A stretch of DNA of 64,000 nt from Peptostreptococcaceae bacterium (GTDB taxonomy: Bacteria > Bacillota > Clostridia > Peptostreptococcales > Filifactoraceae). The stretch lies in NCBI GenBank assembly GCA_030528675.1, contig JAUMYL010000017.1:6860-70859 (forward strand), read 5' to 3'. The position numbers and the translations under genes are program-made. This document shows, piece after piece, positions 1-12,049 of this stretch. The notes under the pieces are model-generated. The model worked only from the letters and a program-made list of their open reading frames with translations. It ran no database searches and was not told the DNA's origin. The stretch's first letter is position 1, and each line of letters opens with the position of its first letter.

Positions 1-1
1 A

Positions 2-298
2 ACGTCAAAAGGTAAGGGATTCCAAGGAACGATCAAAAGGCATAATCAGAGCCGTGGGCCGATGTCGCACGGTTCCAGATATCACAGAGGTCCGGGTTCC
101 ATGGGAGCGGCTTCCGACCCGTCAAGAGTCTTCAAGGGCAAAAAGCTTCCGGGACATATGGGAGCGAAGAGAGTGACGATACAGAATCTCGAGATCGTGC
201 GCGTCGATGCGGAAAAGAATCTGCTTCTGATCAAAGGAGCGATCCCGGGACCGAAAAAAGGCCTGGTAGTGATTCGAGCGGCCGTCAAAGGCCAGTAG
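2..298 (+). CDS. rplC: 50S ribosomal protein L3, C-terminal part (5' end lies before the window)
   Basis: Frame open from window start. Translation ...[35 protein letters not shown]... is the conserved L3 C-terminus. Followed by rplD. Confidence 0.9.
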   Translation, partial: TSKGKGFQGTIKRHNQSRGPMSHGSRYHRGPGSMGAASDPSRVFKGKKLPGHMGAKRVTIQNLEIVRVDAEKNLLLIKGAIPGPKKGLVVIRAAVKGQ

Positions 299-320
299 AG
301 GATAGAAAGGAGGAACGACA

Positions 321-944
321 ATGCCGAAAGTGGATGTACTGAATATAAATGGTAAGAAAGTGGACGAGATCGAGCTTCCGGAGAGTCTGTTTGCAGCAGA
401 GATCCGTGAACATGCGGTATATGAAGTCGTGAAGAACTATCTTGCGAACCAGAGACGCGGCACACAGTCCGCCAAGACTCGTGCAGAAGTTCGCGGCGGA
501 GGGAGAAAGCCGTTCAGACAGAAGGGAACGGGACGGGCAAGACAGGGAAGTACGAGAGCGCCCCAGTGGATCGGCGGAGGAGTCGTATTCGCGCCGAAAC
601 CGAGAGACTACAGCTACAGAGTGAACAAGAAAGTGAAGAGAGTCGCCCTCAAAAGCGTGCTGACCGCAAAAGCGAATGAAGGAAATATCATCGTTCTCGA
701 TGCGTTCGAGATGAACGCACCGAAGACGAAAGAGTTCCTGGCGATGCTCAAAGCTGTAAACGCAGGAAAGAAAACGCTGTTTGTCACTGCAAACTGCGAT
801 GCGAATGTCTATAAATCCGGAAGAAATATCCCGGGCGTGCAGGTGTCCTTTGTAAACACTATAAACGTATATGATATCCTCAACCACGAATCTCTGATTC
901 TGACGAGAGATGCGGTTGCAAAAACAGAGGAGGTGTACGCATAA
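321..944 (+). CDS. rplD: 50S ribosomal protein L4
   Basis: 207 aa [13 protein letters not shown]... typical L4. AGGAGGAAC RBS 8 nt upstream. Canonical position after rplC. Confidence 0.95.
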   Translation: MPKVDVLNINGKKVDEIELPESLFAAEIREHAVYEVVKNYLANQRRGTQSAKTRAEVRGGGRKPFRQKGTGRARQGSTRAPQWIGGGVVFAPKPRDYSYRVNKKVKRVALKSVLTAKANEGNIIVLDAFEMNAPKTKEFLAMLKAVNAGKKTLFVTANCDANVYKSGRNIPGVQVSFVNTINVYDILNHESLILTRDAVAKTEEVYA

Positions 945-1228
945 TGCTGTCTCACGATATCATCATTCGACCGGTTATTACAGAGCAGAGTATGACTGAC
1001 TCTGCTGAAAAAAAGTACACTTTCATAGTGGACAGAAGAGCGAATAAAACACAGATCAAAAACGCCGTGCAGGAGGTCTTCTCCGTGCAGGTCGACAAAG
1101 TGAATACGATGAACTACCAGGGAAAGAAAAAGAGAATGGGAAGGCACGTCGGAAAGACCGCTTCCTATAAGAAAGCGGTGGTTACGCTTTCGAAAGCCAG
1201 CAAAGAAATTGAATTCTTCGGAGTATAG
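944..1228 (+). CDS. rplW: 50S ribosomal protein L23
   Basis: 94 aa. ATG overlaps the rplD stop (TAATG). Conserved order rplD-rplW-rplB. Confidence 0.93.
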   Translation: MLSHDIIIRPVITEQSMTDSAEKKYTFIVDRRANKTQIKNAVQEVFSVQVDKVNTMNYQGKKKRMGRHVGKTASYKKAVVTLSKASKEIEFFGV

Positions 1229-1246
1229 TAAAAGGAGGGAAAAACT

Positions 1247-2077
1247 ATGGCGATTAAATCCTACAAACCGACGACTCCGAGTTTGAGACATATCACCGTG
1301 CTCAAATCGGATGAAATCACCAAACATGAGCCGGAAAAATCTCTGCTTGCTCCGCTCAAGAAACACGCAGGGAGAAATTCAAGAGGAAAGATCACCGTGC
1401 GTCACCGCGGCGGCGGAAACCTCAGAAAGTACAGGATCATTGACTTCAAAAGAGATAAAGATCAGATACCCGCAAAGGTGGCGGGCATCGAATACGACCC
1501 GAACCGCTCGGCAAACATCGCTCTGCTGCACTATGCGGACGGAGAGAAGAGATATATCCTCTGTCCGAACGGACTGAAAGTCGGCGATGTGATCTATTCG
1601 GGAGAAGGATCGGATATCAAAGTCGGCAACTGCCTGAAGCTCAAGCATATGCCGGTGGGTACTCTCGTACACAATATCGAGCTCAAAGAAGGAAAAGGCG
1701 GACAGATGGTACGCTCCGCGGGAACCGCCGCTCAGCTGATGGCGAAGGAAGGAAAACACGCGCTGCTCAGACTGCCTTCGGGAGAGACCCGTTATGTCAA
1801 TATCAACTGCAAAGCGACGATTGGACAGGTCGGAAACCTGGAGCATGAGAACATCACCATCGGAAAGGCCGGAAGAAAGAGACATATGGGTATTCGCCCG
1901 ACTGTAAGAGGTTCCGTAATGAACCCGAACGACCATCCGCACGGAGGAGGAGAAGGCCGTTCTCCGATTGGACGCCCAAGCCCTGTGACCCCTTGGGGTA
2001 AGCCGGCTCTCGGATATAAGACGAGAAAGAAAAAGAAAGCATCGGATAAGATGATCGTATCGAAAAGGAAGAAGTAG
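1247..2077 (+). CDS. rplB: 50S ribosomal protein L2
   Basis: 276 aa [15 protein letters not shown]..., with the C-terminal GGGEG motif region. RBS AAAAGGAGGG. Confidence 0.96.
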   Translation: MAIKSYKPTTPSLRHITVLKSDEITKHEPEKSLLAPLKKHAGRNSRGKITVRHRGGGNLRKYRIIDFKRDKDQIPAKVAGIEYDPNRSANIALLHYADGEKRYILCPNGLKVGDVIYSGEGSDIKVGNCLKLKHMPVGTLVHNIELKEGKGGQMVRSAGTAAQLMAKEGKHALLRLPSGETRYVNINCKATIGQVGNLEHENITIGKAGRKRHMGIRPTVRGSVMNPNDHPHGGGEGRSPIGRPSPVTPWGKPALGYKTRKKKKASDKMIVSKRKK

Positions 2078-2099
2078 CCGTAAAGGAGGATAAGAATAG

Positions 2100-2381
2100 A
2101 TGGGCAGATCAACGAAGAAAGGACCTTTCGTTCATCCGGGACTGTACAAAAAGATAGAAGAAATGAACAAGAACAACGAAAAGAAAGTCATCAAAGTATG
2201 GTCCAGAGCGTCCACGATATTCCCGGAATTTGTGGGACATACCATAGCGGTGCACGACGGAAGAAAACATGTTCCGGTATACATCACCGAGGATATGGTG
2301 GGACACAAGCTTGGGGAGTTCGTTCCGACGAGAACCTTCAAAGGACATAAGGACGACGACAGAACGACCAAGAGGAAGTAA
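2100..2381 (+). CDS. rpsS: 30S ribosomal protein S19
   Basis: 93 aa [11 protein letters not shown]... hallmark S19 N-terminus. Confidence 0.96.
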   Translation: MGRSTKKGPFVHPGLYKKIEEMNKNNEKKVIKVWSRASTIFPEFVGHTIAVHDGRKHVPVYITEDMVGHKLGEFVPTRTFKGHKDDDRTTKRK

Positions 2382-2418
2382 TACCGCGTATCAATACGAA
2401 AGGAGATGAAACGATCGA

Positions 2419-2766
2419 ATGGAAGCGAAAGTATTAGAAGCAAAAGCGATAGCGAAATTCGTCAGAACTTCCCCGAGAAAAGCCGGCGTCATCTGCTCGC
2501 TGGTGAGAGGCAAGAACATCGATGAAGCGCTCGCTATCCTGAAATATATGCCGCAGAGCAGTGCGGATATCATAGCGAAGGTTGTAAAATCCGCAGCGGC
2601 AAACGCGGAAAACAACTTTGATATGGACCCGAAGAAACTGTATATCGCCGAGGTGTACGCAAACCAGGGACCGACTCTGAAGAGGTTCATGCCCAGAGCA
2701 CAGGGAAGAGCGACCGCTATCAGAAAGAGAACAAGTCATATCGGTGTTGTGGTGAGAGAGAGATAA
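2419..2766 (+). CDS. rplV: 50S ribosomal protein L22
   Basis: 115 aa MEAKVLEAKAIAKFVRTSPRK... L22 signature. Confidence 0.95.
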   Translation: MEAKVLEAKAIAKFVRTSPRKAGVICSLVRGKNIDEALAILKYMPQSSADIIAKVVKSAAANAENNFDMDPKKLYIAEVYANQGPTLKRFMPRAQGRATAIRKRTSHIGVVVRER

Positions 2767-2785
2767 TACCTAAGGAGGGAAAAGA

Positions 2786-3583
2786 ATGGGTCAAAAAGTA
2801 AGCCCGCACGGACTTCGGGTAGGAGTCAATAAAGACTGGGATTCGAAATGGTTTGCAAACAAGAAGGATTTTGCATCTTTCATCAAGGAAGACGCTGAAA
2901 TAAGAAAGTTTCTCAAGAAAAAACTCTATCTTTCAGGAGTTCCTAAAATAGAGATCGAGCGTTCCGGAAACAAAGTGAAGCTCAACATCTTCACGGCGAA
3001 GCCGGGAACGGTGATCGGAAAAGGCGGACAGGGCATCGAAGAGCTGAAGACGGAAGTGCAGAAGCTCACGGACAAGCAGGTCTTCCTCAACATCATGGAA
3101 GTGAAAAGACCGGAGATCGAAGCCCAACTCGTCGCGGAAAATATCGCTCTTTCCTTGGAGCGCAGGGTTGCTTTCCGCCGTGCGATGAAGCAGGCAATGC
3201 AGAGAGCGATGCGATTTGGAGCCAAAGGGATCAAGGTATCGACTTCCGGACGCCTCGGAGGAGCCGAGATGGCAAGAACCGAAGGCTATGCGGAAGGAAA
3301 CGTGCCGCTGCATACGCTGCGCGCGGATATCGACTACGGTTTTGCCGAGGCGGACACGACCTACGGGAAGCTCGGCGTGAAAGTCTGGATCTGCAAAGGG
3401 GAGATTCTCCCGACGAGAAACGGCCCGAAGAGAGAGTTCGAAGCGCCGGCAGCTCCGAGAGACGACCGCAGAAGACCGAGAAGAAGAGATTTTGATCAAA
3501 ACAGACGAAACGACAGAGGACAAGGCGGACAGGGAGACAGAAGAAACTCCAGACCGAGACCGCCCAGACCGGCAAGTAATTAG
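2786..3583 (+). CDS. rpsC: 30S ribosomal protein S3 (with Arg/Asp-rich C-terminal extension)
   Basis: 265 aa [13 protein letters not shown]... KH domain and S3-C domain. Low-complexity RD-rich tail of about 45 aa. Confidence 0.95.
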   Translation: MGQKVSPHGLRVGVNKDWDSKWFANKKDFASFIKEDAEIRKFLKKKLYLSGVPKIEIERSGNKVKLNIFTAKPGTVIGKGGQGIEELKTEVQKLTDKQVFLNIMEVKRPEIEAQLVAENIALSLERRVAFRRAMKQAMQRAMRFGAKGIKVSTSGRLGGAEMARTEGYAEGNVPLHTLRADIDYGFAEADTTYGKLGVKVWICKGEILPTRNGPKREFEAPAAPRDDRRRPRRRDFDQNRRNDRGQGGQGDRRNSRPRPPRPASN

Positions 3584-3613
3584 TTCCAGCTCAAGGAAGG
3601 AGGAAAAATAGAT

Positions 3614-4057
3614 ATGTTAATGCCAAAGAGAGTAAAGCGCAGAAGAGTGCATAGAGGAAGCATGGCGGGAACCGCGCAGAAAGGCAATACCCTGACATAC
3701 GGAGATTACGGTCTTGTGGCGCTGGAGCCGTCCTGGATCACATCCAATCAGATAGAAGCGGCCCGTATCGCGATCAACCGTTCCGTAAGAAGGGGCGGTA
3801 AAGTCTGGATCAAGATATTCCCGCACAAACCGGTAACGAAAAAGCCGGCGGAGACTCGTATGGGCGCCGGTAAAGGTTCGCCGGAGTACTGGGTGGCGGT
3901 AGTGAAGCCCGGAAGAGTCATGTTCGAGATGTCCGGGGTATCGGAGGAAAAAGCCCGTGAGGCGATGAGACTTGCGAGCCATAAACTTCCGATCAAATGC
4001 AAATTCGTCAAGAAATCCGATTTTGAAGTTAAAGGTGGTGAAGCTGATGAAAGCTAA
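3614..4057 (+). CDS. rplP: 50S ribosomal protein L16
   Basis: 147 aa [15 protein letters not shown]... L16 N-terminus. Confidence 0.95.
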   Translation: MLMPKRVKRRRVHRGSMAGTAQKGNTLTYGDYGLVALEPSWITSNQIEAARIAINRSVRRGGKVWIKIFPHKPVTKKPAETRMGAGKGSPEYWVAVVKPGRVMFEMSGVSEEKAREAMRLASHKLPIKCKFVKKSDFEVKGGEADES

Positions 4058-4244
4058 AGAGTTGAGAGAAATGACGGTTTTGGAACTGGGAACGAAACTG
4101 GGAGAGCTGAAGGGTGAACTCTTTAACCTTCGTTTTCAGCTGGCTACAGGACAGTTGGATAATCCTGTGAAATTGAGATATGTAAGAAAAGATATAGCGC
4201 GTGTGAAGACCATCCTTAATGAGAAAGAAAAGGCAAAGGCATAG
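4047..4244 (+). CDS. rpmC: 50S ribosomal protein L29
   Basis: Internal ATG of track ORF 3972-4244. [40 protein letters not shown]... is L29. Start overlaps the rplP stop (ATGAAAGCTAA). Confidence 0.92.
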   Translation: MKAKELREMTVLELGTKLGELKGELFNLRFQLATGQLDNPVKLRYVRKDIARVKTILNEKEKAKA

Positions 4245-4269
4245 GCTGCATCAGAGAAAGGAGGATATC

Positions 4270-4527
4270 ATGAGAGAGTCCAGAAGAAAAGTACGAATCG
4301 GATATGTGACATCGGACAAGATGGATAAGACCATCGTTGTTTCAATCGTAGAGCTCGTGCGCCACCCGCTGTACGGAAAAGCGGTAAAGCGAACGGTCAA
4401 ATATAAGGCACATGATGAAGAAAACACCTGCAAGATCGGTGATCGCGTAAAGATCATGGAAACTCGTCCTCTGTCGAAAGACAAGCGATGGAGACTCGTG
4501 GAAGTATTGGAAAGAGCTGCTGAATAA
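4270..4527 (+). CDS. rpsQ: 30S ribosomal protein S17
   Basis: [24 protein letters not shown]... is the typical S17 N-terminus. GGAGG RBS precedes this ATG. The track ORF begins at an upstream in-frame ATG (4219) inside rpmC. Confidence 0.88.
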   Translation: MRESRRKVRIGYVTSDKMDKTIVVSIVELVRHPLYGKAVKRTVKYKAHDEENTCKIGDRVKIMETRPLSKDKRWRLVEVLERAAE

Positions 4528-4550
4528 GCGGGAAGAGAGGAGGTAATACA

Positions 4551-4919
4551 ATGATACAACAGGAAACTCGTCTGAAAGTTGCGGATAACTCCGGCGCAAA
4601 AGAAATCCTCTGCATCAGAGTACTCGGCGGTTCTTTCAGAAGATCCGGAAATATAGGAGATGTCATCGTCGCTTCGGTCAAAAGTGCAACACCGGGCGGC
4701 GTTGTTAAAAAAGGAAAAGTGGTTAAGGCGGTTATCGTGCGCAGCAAACAGGGGCTTCGCAGAAAAGACGGAAGCTATATCAAATTCGATGAAAATGCTG
4801 CCGTGATCATCAAAGATGACAAGACGCCGAGTGGAACCCGTATATTCGGACCGGTGGCAAGAGAGCTTCGAGACAAGCAGTTCATGAAGATCATTTCCCT
4901 TGCGCCGGAAGTGTTATAA
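4551..4919 (+). CDS. rplN: 50S ribosomal protein L14
   Basis: 122 aa [18 protein letters not shown]... L14 signature. Confidence 0.96.
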   Translation: MIQQETRLKVADNSGAKEILCIRVLGGSFRRSGNIGDVIVASVKSATPGGVVKKGKVVKAVIVRSKQGLRRKDGSYIKFDENAAVIIKDDKTPSGTRIFGPVARELRDKQFMKIISLAPEVL

Positions 4920-4938
4920 CCAAGGAGGTGTCGTAAGA

Positions 4939-5247
4939 GTGCGTATAAAAAGCGGAGATACCGTAGTTGTAATCAGCGGAAAAGATAAAGGAAAAAAAGG
5001 AAAAGTGATCGAAGTTCTGCGCAGCAAAGACAGAGTGCTCGTGGAAGGCGTGAACATGGTGTCCAAGCACCAGAAGCCCAACCAGAAGAACCCCCAGGGC
5101 GGGATCGTACACAAGGAGCTCCCGATCCATGCGTCCAATGTGATGCTGTTCGACCCGAAAGCCGGAAAAGGTGTGCGTGTGGGAATGAAGATCCTAAGCA
5201 GCGGAGAAAAAGTGCGTATATCGAAAAAGACGGGAGAAGAACTCTAA
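4939..5247 (+). CDS. rplX: 50S ribosomal protein L24
   Basis: GTG start ([23 protein letters not shown]..., KOW motif) 10 nt after the AAGGAGG RBS. The track ORF starts further upstream at 4900, overlapping rplN. Confidence 0.88.
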   Translation: MRIKSGDTVVVISGKDKGKKGKVIEVLRSKDRVLVEGVNMVSKHQKPNQKNPQGGIVHKELPIHASNVMLFDPKAGKGVRVGMKILSSGEKVRISKKTGEEL

Positions 5248-5272
5248 AAACAGGTGAAAGGAGGAAACAGCA

Positions 5273-5815
5273 GTGGCTTCAAGACTGAAACAAAAATATA
5301 AAGACGAGATCGTAAAAGCGCTGACGGAGAAGTTCGGCTACAAGAATGTCATGGAAGTTCCCAAGCTCGAGAAAGTAGTCGTGAACATGGGAATCGGAGA
5401 AGCGAAAGACAATGCGAAGGTACTGGACAGTGCCGTATCTGAGCTGGAGCTGATCACAGGACAGAAAGTGGTCGTGACCCGCTCGAAGAAATCCGTCGCG
5501 AACTTCAAGATAAGAGAAAAGATGCCGATCGGAGCGAAAGTGACGCTCAGAGGCGAAAAGATGTTCCACTTCGTGGACAAACTGCTCAACATCTCCCTGC
5601 CGAGGGTAAGGGACTTCCGAGGAGTGAGCAAGGACTCCTTCGACGGAAGAGGAAACTATGCGATGGGAATCAAAGAGCAGCTGATTTTCCCGGAGATCGA
5701 ATACGATAAAATCGATAAGGTGAGAGGAATGGACATCATCTTCGTGACGACCGCCAAGACCGATGAAGAGGCAAGAGAACTACTCAGACTGATGGGAATG
5801 CCGTTTGCGAAGTAA
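5273..5815 (+). CDS. rplE: 50S ribosomal protein L5
   Basis: 180 aa, GTG start, [14 protein letters not shown]... L5 signature. Confidence 0.94.
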   Translation: MASRLKQKYKDEIVKALTEKFGYKNVMEVPKLEKVVVNMGIGEAKDNAKVLDSAVSELELITGQKVVVTRSKKSVANFKIREKMPIGAKVTLRGEKMFHFVDKLLNISLPRVRDFRGVSKDSFDGRGNYAMGIKEQLIFPEIEYDKIDKVRGMDIIFVTTAKTDEEARELLRLMGMPFAK

Positions 5816-5830
5816 GAAGGAGGGAAAGTC

Positions 5831-6016
5831 GTGGCAAAGAAAGCAATGATTCTGAAACAGCAGAAAAAGCAAAAGTATGCGACAAGAGAATATACAAGAT
5901 GCAACCTCTGCGGCAGACCGCATGCGGTACTTCGAAAATTCGGAATTTGCCGTATCTGTTTTAGAGAACTCGCGTACAAAGGCCAGATACCGGGTGTTCG
6001 CAAGGCGTCCTGGTAA
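5831..6016 (+). CDS. rpsN: 30S ribosomal protein S14 type Z (zinc-binding)
   Basis: 61 aa, GTG start. CxxC...CxxC zinc ribbon ([20 protein letters not shown]). Located between rplE and rpsH. Confidence 0.92.
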   Translation: MAKKAMILKQQKKQKYATREYTRCNLCGRPHAVLRKFGICRICFRELAYKGQIPGVRKASW

Positions 6017-6040
6017 GAGAGTGAAAGGAGGTAATATATC

Positions 6041-6439
6041 ATGACAATGACAGATCCGATTGCAGATATGCTCACACGCGTTCGCAATGCAAGCTCCGTA
6101 AAGCATGAGACCGTAGACATACCTGCTTCAAATATGAAGAAGGAAATCTCCAGAATCCTTTTGGAGGAAGGATATATCAAAGGCTATGATGTGATCGAAG
6201 ACGGAAAGCAGGGTCTGATCCGCATGCAGCTGAAATACGGACCGGACGGACAGAAAGTCATCACAGGAATCAAAAAGATATCCAAGCCGGGCATGAGAGT
6301 CTATGCGGACAAGAACAATGTTCCCAAAGTGCTCAACGGGATCGGGATATCGGTAATATCCACTTCAAAAGGCATACTGACAGACAAGCAGGCGAGAGAA
6401 CTCGGCGTCGGCGGAGAAGTAATCTGTTATGTATGGTAA
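6041..6439 (+). CDS. rpsH: 30S ribosomal protein S8
   Basis: 132 aa [17 protein letters not shown]... S8 signature. Confidence 0.96.
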   Translation: MTMTDPIADMLTRVRNASSVKHETVDIPASNMKKEISRILLEEGYIKGYDVIEDGKQGLIRMQLKYGPDGQKVITGIKKISKPGMRVYADKNNVPKVLNGIGISVISTSKGILTDKQARELGVGGEVICYVW

Positions 6440-6461
6440 TTAAAAGTAAAGGAGGTGCCTT

Positions 6462-7001
6462 ATGTCAAGAATAGGACGAAAACCAATCGCTATTCCGGCA
6501 GGAGTAGACGTAAAGATAGAAAATAATTTCGTAACGGTCAAAGGACCGAAGGGAACGCTGACTCAGCAGATCTCCAAAGAGCTCAGCCTTGAGATGAAAG
6601 ACGGAGAGCTTGAAGTGAAAAGACCCTCCGACAACAAAAAGCATCGTTCGCTTCACGGACTTTCCAGAACCCTGATCAACAATATGGTCGTAGGCGTCAC
6701 AGAAGGGTATTCCAAGAAGCTCGAGATTATCGGAGTCGGCTACCGTGCCGCAAAACAGGGCAAGAAACTCGTGCTTTCCCTCGGATTCTCCCATCCGGTG
6801 GAGATGGAGGACCCCCAGGGTCTCGAGGTGGAAGTGCCGAGCCAGACCGAGATCATCGTCAAAGGGATCGACAAGCAGCAGGTAGGAAACTACGCGGCGA
6901 AGATCAGAGCATGGAGAGAGCCGGAGCCGTACAAAGGCAAAGGAATCAGATACTCCGGCGAATATGTGAGACGCAAGGAAGGAAAGACCGGTAAGAAATA
7001 A
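6462..7001 (+). CDS. rplF: 50S ribosomal protein L6
   Basis: 179 aa [17 protein letters not shown]... L6 signature. Confidence 0.96.
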   Translation: MSRIGRKPIAIPAGVDVKIENNFVTVKGPKGTLTQQISKELSLEMKDGELEVKRPSDNKKHRSLHGLSRTLINNMVVGVTEGYSKKLEIIGVGYRAAKQGKKLVLSLGFSHPVEMEDPQGLEVEVPSQTEIIVKGIDKQQVGNYAAKIRAWREPEPYKGKGIRYSGEYVRRKEGKTGKK

Positions 7002-7025
7002 GAAATAAGAAAGGAGTGAGAGGAT

Positions 7026-7394
7026 TTGTTCAAGAAGGTAGATAAAAAGGCAAACCGTATGGCAAGGCATAAAAGAGTGCGCAAGAGCGTGCTGGGAACT
7101 CCTGAAAGACCGAGACTGAATGTATTTCGAAGCTCGAATCATATATATGCTCAGCTTGTGGATGATGTGAACCGGGTGACTGTAGCGGCCGCTTCCACGA
7201 TTGACAAGGAGATCAAAGGAAGCCTTTCCGCGACCGGCAACAAAGAAGCGGCGCAGAAAGTCGGAGAGCTGATCGCAAAGAGAGCGCAGTCCAAAGGGAT
7301 CGAAGAAGCGGTCTTCGATCGAAGCGGATACCTCTATCACGGCAGAGTGAAGGCTCTGGCGGACGGAGCGAGAGAAGCGGGACTGAAATTCTAA
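7026..7394 (+). CDS. rplR: 50S ribosomal protein L18
   Basis: 122 aa. TTG start 10 nt after AAGGAG. ...[24 protein letters not shown]... L18 signature. Confidence 0.9.
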   Translation: MFKKVDKKANRMARHKRVRKSVLGTPERPRLNVFRSSNHIYAQLVDDVNRVTVAAASTIDKEIKGSLSATGNKEAAQKVGELIAKRAQSKGIEEAVFDRSGYLYHGRVKALADGAREAGLKF

Positions 7395-7412
7395 CGATAA
7401 GGAGGGGAAAAG

Positions 7413-7919
7413 ATGCTGAAAAAACCGATAGATGCAAGAAAATTGGATATCGAAGAAAGAGTAGTGAGCATCCGCAGGGTCACTAAGGTCGTAAAAGGCG
7501 GAAGAAACTTTCGCTTTGCCGCACTCGTTGTCGTAGGAGACCGAAACGGACATGTGGGAGTCGGAACGGGAAAAGCGACCGAGGTGCCGGAGGCGATCCG
7601 CAAAGCCGTAGAAGACGCGAAAAAGAACCTGATCGCAGTGCCGATGGTCGGAACGACAATCCCGCACAGGATTCAGGGAAGATTCGGCGCAGGACAGGTG
7701 CTGATCATACCGGCGCCGGAAGGTACCGGAGTGATCGCCGGAGGGCCGGTGCGCGCGGTGCTCGAGCTTGCGGGACTCAAGGACGTGCGTTCGAAGTCGC
7801 TGGGCACCAGCAACGAGAGAAACGTGGTAAATGCGACGATGCAAGGTCTTTCTTCGCTGAGAAAAATCGAAGATGTAGCAGCCCTGAGAGGTAAAAAAGT
7901 CGAAGATCTTTTAGGTTAG
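7413..7919 (+). CDS. rpsE: 30S ribosomal protein S5
   Basis: 168 aa. ...[22 protein letters not shown]... S5 dsRBD signature. Confidence 0.96.
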   Translation: MLKKPIDARKLDIEERVVSIRRVTKVVKGGRNFRFAALVVVGDRNGHVGVGTGKATEVPEAIRKAVEDAKKNLIAVPMVGTTIPHRIQGRFGAGQVLIIPAPEGTGVIAGGPVRAVLELAGLKDVRSKSLGTSNERNVVNATMQGLSSLRKIEDVAALRGKKVEDLLG

Positions 7920-7925
7920 GAGGCG

Positions 7926-8111
7926 ATGGAAATGGCAAGCTTGAAGATAACTCTCGTGAGAAGCGTGATAGCGACAAAACCGAATCAGAGAAAAACGGTG
8001 CGTGCACTTGGACTGACAAAGAGAGAGCAGACCGTTGAAAAGCCGGACAATCCGCAGATCCGCGGAATGATCGAAACCGTAAAACATCTTGTGAAAGTCG
8101 AAGAAGCATAA
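7926..8111 (+). CDS. rpmD: 50S ribosomal protein L30
   Basis: 61 aa. ...[25 protein letters not shown]... L30 signature. Confidence 0.93.
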   Translation: MEMASLKITLVRSVIATKPNQRKTVRALGLTKREQTVEKPDNPQIRGMIETVKHLVKVEEA

Positions 8112-8128
8112 TAAAGGAGGTGCAATAG

Positions 8129-8575
8129 ATGAAACTACACGATCTGAAACCTGCAAAAGGCGCAGTCCGAGCGAAGCGAAGAATCGGTAGAGGTACCGCT
8201 TCCGGTCAGGGTAAATCCGCCGGACGAGGAGGCGACGGACAGTGGTCGCGCTCCGGAGCGGGAGTGAGACCGGGCTTCGAGGGAGGTCAGATGCCTCTGT
8301 ACAGAAGACTTCCAAAGCGCGGATTCAACAACTACGAATTCGAGACGAGATACTCGGCAATCAATATTGATCGCCTGAATATATTTGAAGACGGAACGGA
8401 AGTGACTCCGGAGCTGTTGGTGGAGCGACGAGTGATCCGAAAAATGGCGAAAGACGGAGTCAAAATTCTGGGAAATGGAAATCTTGAGAAGAAACTGACC
8501 GTAAAAGCGAACAAGTTTACGAAATCAGCCGCAGAAAAGATAGAGGCCGCTGGAGGAAAGGCTGAGGTGATCTAA
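8129..8575 (+). CDS. rplO: 50S ribosomal protein L15
   Basis: 148 aa [22 protein letters not shown]... L15 signature. Confidence 0.95.
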   Translation: MKLHDLKPAKGAVRAKRRIGRGTASGQGKSAGRGGDGQWSRSGAGVRPGFEGGQMPLYRRLPKRGFNNYEFETRYSAINIDRLNIFEDGTEVTPELLVERRVIRKMAKDGVKILGNGNLEKKLTVKANKFTKSAAEKIEAAGGKAEVI

Positions 8576-9862
8576 TTGTTCAGTACAATTCGAAACGCGT
8601 TCAAGATCCCGGATCTTCGCAAGAAGCTCGTCTTTACGATCTTGATGCTCGTCGTCTTTCGAGTGGGAAATGCGGTCACTGTCCCGGGAATCGACGTCAA
8701 GAGAGTGGCGGAGATCATGAACCTCGGAGGGGATGCAGGCCTTGCAGGACTGTACGACCTGTTCTCCGGAGGGGGGCTTGGCCGGTTCAGCATCTTTGCC
8801 CTGAGCATCACCCCCTATATCACGGCTTCAATCGTGATTCAGCTTTTGACCGTAGCGATCCCGGCGCTGGAAGAGATGCAGAACTCCGGGGAAGAAGGAC
8901 GAAAGAAACTGCTGCAGTATACAAGATATCTGACCGTAGTGCTCGCGCTGATTCAGGCGACGGCGATGGGACTTGGATTCTTCGGTTCCGCCGTCGTGGA
9001 CAATTCCGCCCTCAGCAAGATCACCATCGTGCTGACCCTGACTGCCGGAACCGCCTTTTTGATGTGGCTGGGCGAGCTGATCACGGAAAAAGGGATCGGA
9101 AACGGAATCTCGATCATCATCTTCGCAGGGATCGTATCCAGAATTCCCAGTGCGACGATCCAGACGATTCAGCTTGTGAAAAACGGTGAACTGAACCTGA
9201 TCCAGATTGCAGGCTTCCTTGCAGTGTCGCTGGCGATCATCGTCGGCGTCATCATGGTGCTGCAGGGAGTGCGCAAGATTCCCGTGCAGTATGCGAAGAG
9301 AATGGTCGGCAGAAAGTCCTACGGCGGACAGTCGACCCATATTCCGATGAAGATCAACCAAGCGGGCGTCATCCCCGTTATCTTTGCGGTATCGGTGCTC
9401 GGATTTCCGGTCACCCTGGGGTATTTCATCAAAAATGAAGCCTATGCCAAGTTCGTTTCCACTTGGTTTTTGCCGAGCGGAATGAGCTGGGGGACTCTGA
9501 TTTACATCGTGGCGGAGTTCCTGTTGGTCGTATTCTTCACCTATTTCTACATCTCGATTACTTTTAAGCCGGACGAGATCGCAGACAATATGAAAAATGC
9601 CGGAGGATTCATTCCGGGCGTGCGGCCGGGCAAACCGACGGAGGAGTTCCTCATGACGGTACTCAACAGACTGACCTTTGCGGGAGCGATCTTCCTCGGC
9701 GTCATTGCGATCCTGCCGACCGTGATGTCCGCAGTTGCAAAAGTCGGCTCCTTCCAGCTGGGCGGAACCTCTCTGCTCATCGTCGTCGGAGTTGCGATAG
9801 AGACTATGAAACAGATTGAAGCACAGATGGTCATGAGACATTATCAGGGCTTCCTCAAATAA
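8576..9862 (+). CDS. secY: preprotein translocase subunit SecY
   Basis: 428 aa, 10 TM. TTG start immediately after the rplO stop, preceded by AGGTGA. MFSTIRNAFKIPDLRKKLVFT... SecY N-terminus. Canonical location. Confidence 0.93.
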   Translation: MFSTIRNAFKIPDLRKKLVFTILMLVVFRVGNAVTVPGIDVKRVAEIMNLGGDAGLAGLYDLFSGGGLGRFSIFALSITPYITASIVIQLLTVAIPALEEMQNSGEEGRKKLLQYTRYLTVVLALIQATAMGLGFFGSAVVDNSALSKITIVLTLTAGTAFLMWLGELITEKGIGNGISIIIFAGIVSRIPSATIQTIQLVKNGELNLIQIAGFLAVSLAIIVGVIMVLQGVRKIPVQYAKRMVGRKSYGGQSTHIPMKINQAGVIPVIFAVSVLGFPVTLGYFIKNEAYAKFVSTWFLPSGMSWGTLIYIVAEFLLVVFFTYFYISITFKPDEIADNMKNAGGFIPGVRPGKPTEEFLMTVLNRLTFAGAIFLGVIAILPTVMSAVAKVGSFQLGGTSLLIVVGVAIETMKQIEAQMVMRHYQGFLK

Positions 9863-9896
9863 AACTTTTCGATGCAGAACCTAAGGAGATGAAGAG

Positions 9897-10550
9897 ATGA
9901 AATTAGTGCTTTTGGGACCTCCGGGTGCAGGAAAAGGAACACAGGCCTCCGGAATCGTCGAAAGATACAAGCTGCCCCATATTTCCACAGGCGACATCTT
10001 TCGCAGGAATATCAAAGAGCAGACCGAACTTGGAAAAAAAGCCAAAGAGTATATGGACAAGGGACTGCTGGTTCCGGACGAGCTCGTAGTGGAGATCGTG
10101 GAAGATCGGCTGAGACAGGAGGACGCGCTTGAGGGATTCCTGCTGGACGGTTTTCCGCGAACAGAAAGACAGGCGGAGGCTCTTGACGAGGCTCTGAGGA
10201 AACTCGGTGGCGCACTGAACAGAGTTATCAATATCGAAGTGGACAAAGAGATCCTTGTCGGCAGAGCCGTAGGCAGAAGGATCTGCAAAAACTGCGGAGG
10301 AACCTTCCATATCGAGTTCAACCCTTCCAAACAGGAAGGACGCTGCGACCTCTGCGAAGGAGAACTGTACCAGCGATCCGACGATAACGAAGAGACCGTC
10401 AGCAAGAGAATCGAAGTCTATCTGAGCGAAACGAAACCTCTCATCGACTATTACGAGAAAAAAGGCATCCTGACGAGTATTGACGGGGCTCAGGATATCA
10501 AAAAAGTCTTTGAAGAGATTCAGAAGACGCTGGATCGTGAAAGCAAATGA
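9897..10550 (+). CDS. adk: adenylate kinase (zinc-lid type)
   Basis: 217 aa. P-loop [13 protein letters not shown] domain with CKNCGG...CDLCEG. Follows secY as in the spc operon. Confidence 0.96.
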   Translation: MKLVLLGPPGAGKGTQASGIVERYKLPHISTGDIFRRNIKEQTELGKKAKEYMDKGLLVPDELVVEIVEDRLRQEDALEGFLLDGFPRTERQAEALDEALRKLGGALNRVINIEVDKEILVGRAVGRRICKNCGGTFHIEFNPSKQEGRCDLCEGELYQRSDDNEETVSKRIEVYLSETKPLIDYYEKKGILTSIDGAQDIKKVFEEIQKTLDRESK

Positions 10551-11296
10551 TCATCATCAAATCCAATCATGAGATCGAACTTATGAGAGAGGCCGGAAAA
10601 ATCGTTGCGGAGACTCATGCTCTGCTCAAAGAAGCGGTTCGTCCCGGCGTCAGCACCTACGAATTGGACAGATTGGCGGAAAAAAATATCCTAAGGTACG
10701 GAGCGACTCCTTCCTTTAAGGGATACGGCGGATTTTCCGGAAGCATCTGCGCTTCTCCGAACGAAGTCGTCGTACATGGGATTCCCTCCAAAGATATCAT
10801 CCTCAAAGAAGGAGATATCATCAGCATTGATATCGGTGCCTACTACAAGGGATATCATGGCGACAGCGCAAAGACTCACGCCGTAGGAGAGATATCGGAA
10901 GAAGACGCAAAGCTCATCGAAGTGACGAAACAGAGCTTTTATGAGGGAATCAAGTTTGCAAGGCTCGGTTTCCGACTCTCCGATATATCCAGCGCCGTGC
11001 AGGAGTATGCGGAAAGCCATGGATTTTCTGTTGTCAGAGACTTTATTGGACATGGGGTCGGCAAAGACCTGCATGAAGACCCCGAGATACCGAACTATGG
11101 AAGACCCGGAAGAGGCCCAAGACTTGCAAAAGGTATGGTATTGGCTATTGAACCGATGATCAATCAAGGGACATACAGAGTGAAAGTACTCGGAGACGGA
11201 TGGACCGCCGTCACTCTGGACGGAAAGAAATCCGCTCACTACGAACACAGCATCGCCATTACCGAAGATGAGCCGATGATACTGACACAGCTGTAA
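10547..11296 (+). CDS. map: type I methionine aminopeptidase
   Basis: 249 aa. Start overlaps the adk stop (ATGA). Pita-bread fold metal ligands (D..D..H..E..E). Confidence 0.94.
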   Translation: MIIIKSNHEIELMREAGKIVAETHALLKEAVRPGVSTYELDRLAEKNILRYGATPSFKGYGGFSGSICASPNEVVVHGIPSKDIILKEGDIISIDIGAYYKGYHGDSAKTHAVGEISEEDAKLIEVTKQSFYEGIKFARLGFRLSDISSAVQEYAESHGFSVVRDFIGHGVGKDLHEDPEIPNYGRPGRGPRLAKGMVLAIEPMINQGTYRVKVLGDGWTAVTLDGKKSAHYEHSIAITEDEPMILTQL

Positions 11297-11309
11297 TGGG
11301 AGGTGCCGT

Positions 11310-11594
11310 TTGAAGAATGTCCGGATAGGTCAGGTCGTACAGAGTATTTCCGGAAGGGATGCGGGATATTTCTTTCTTGTCCTCGCCGTCGAGGAAAAAG
11401 GCTTTGTTCGCATCGCAGACGGAAAACTGCACAAAATACGAAAGCCGAAGCGAAAAAATATAAAGCATCTGAGGTTACTGCCCCTCGTTTCGGAAAACAT
11501 CGATCAGATAAACTGGAAAGACTTGCAAAGCCAAGATGCTTTTTTGCGTAAGGAACTGAAAAGATTGGGATACTCAAACACAAGGGAGGGGTAA
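11310..11594 (+). CDS. KOW-domain RNA-binding protein (small conserved ORF between map and infA)
   Basis: 94 aa. TTG start after GGGAGGTG. G.VV.S.AGRD.G..F.VL...E...V.IADGK...RKPK.KN.KHL pattern of the Firmicutes map-infA KOW protein. Confidence 0.7.
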   Translation: MKNVRIGQVVQSISGRDAGYFFLVLAVEEKGFVRIADGKLHKIRKPKRKNIKHLRLLPLVSENIDQINWKDLQSQDAFLRKELKRLGYSNTREG

Positions 11595-11595
11595 T

Positions 11596-11945
<350 letters not shown>

Positions 11946-12049
11946 AATAAAAAAATAAGAATATCGAGCTCAGAGAGAATGGACTGAAAGATTCAAAGAC
12001 CAGATGCTCGATCAGGAATCCGAACCACAGATACAGGAGGTGTAAATGC

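Noticed and set aside
4219-4269. Upstream in-frame ATG extension of rpsQ (track start 4219)
   Set aside because: The extension overlaps the end of rpmC. The S17 N-terminus ([13 protein letters not shown]) and a GGAGG RBS support the internal ATG.
6465-7844. 459-aa ORF on the - strand
   Set aside because: Antisense to rplF, rplR and rpsE. It has no homology signature. The r-protein genes are unambiguous.
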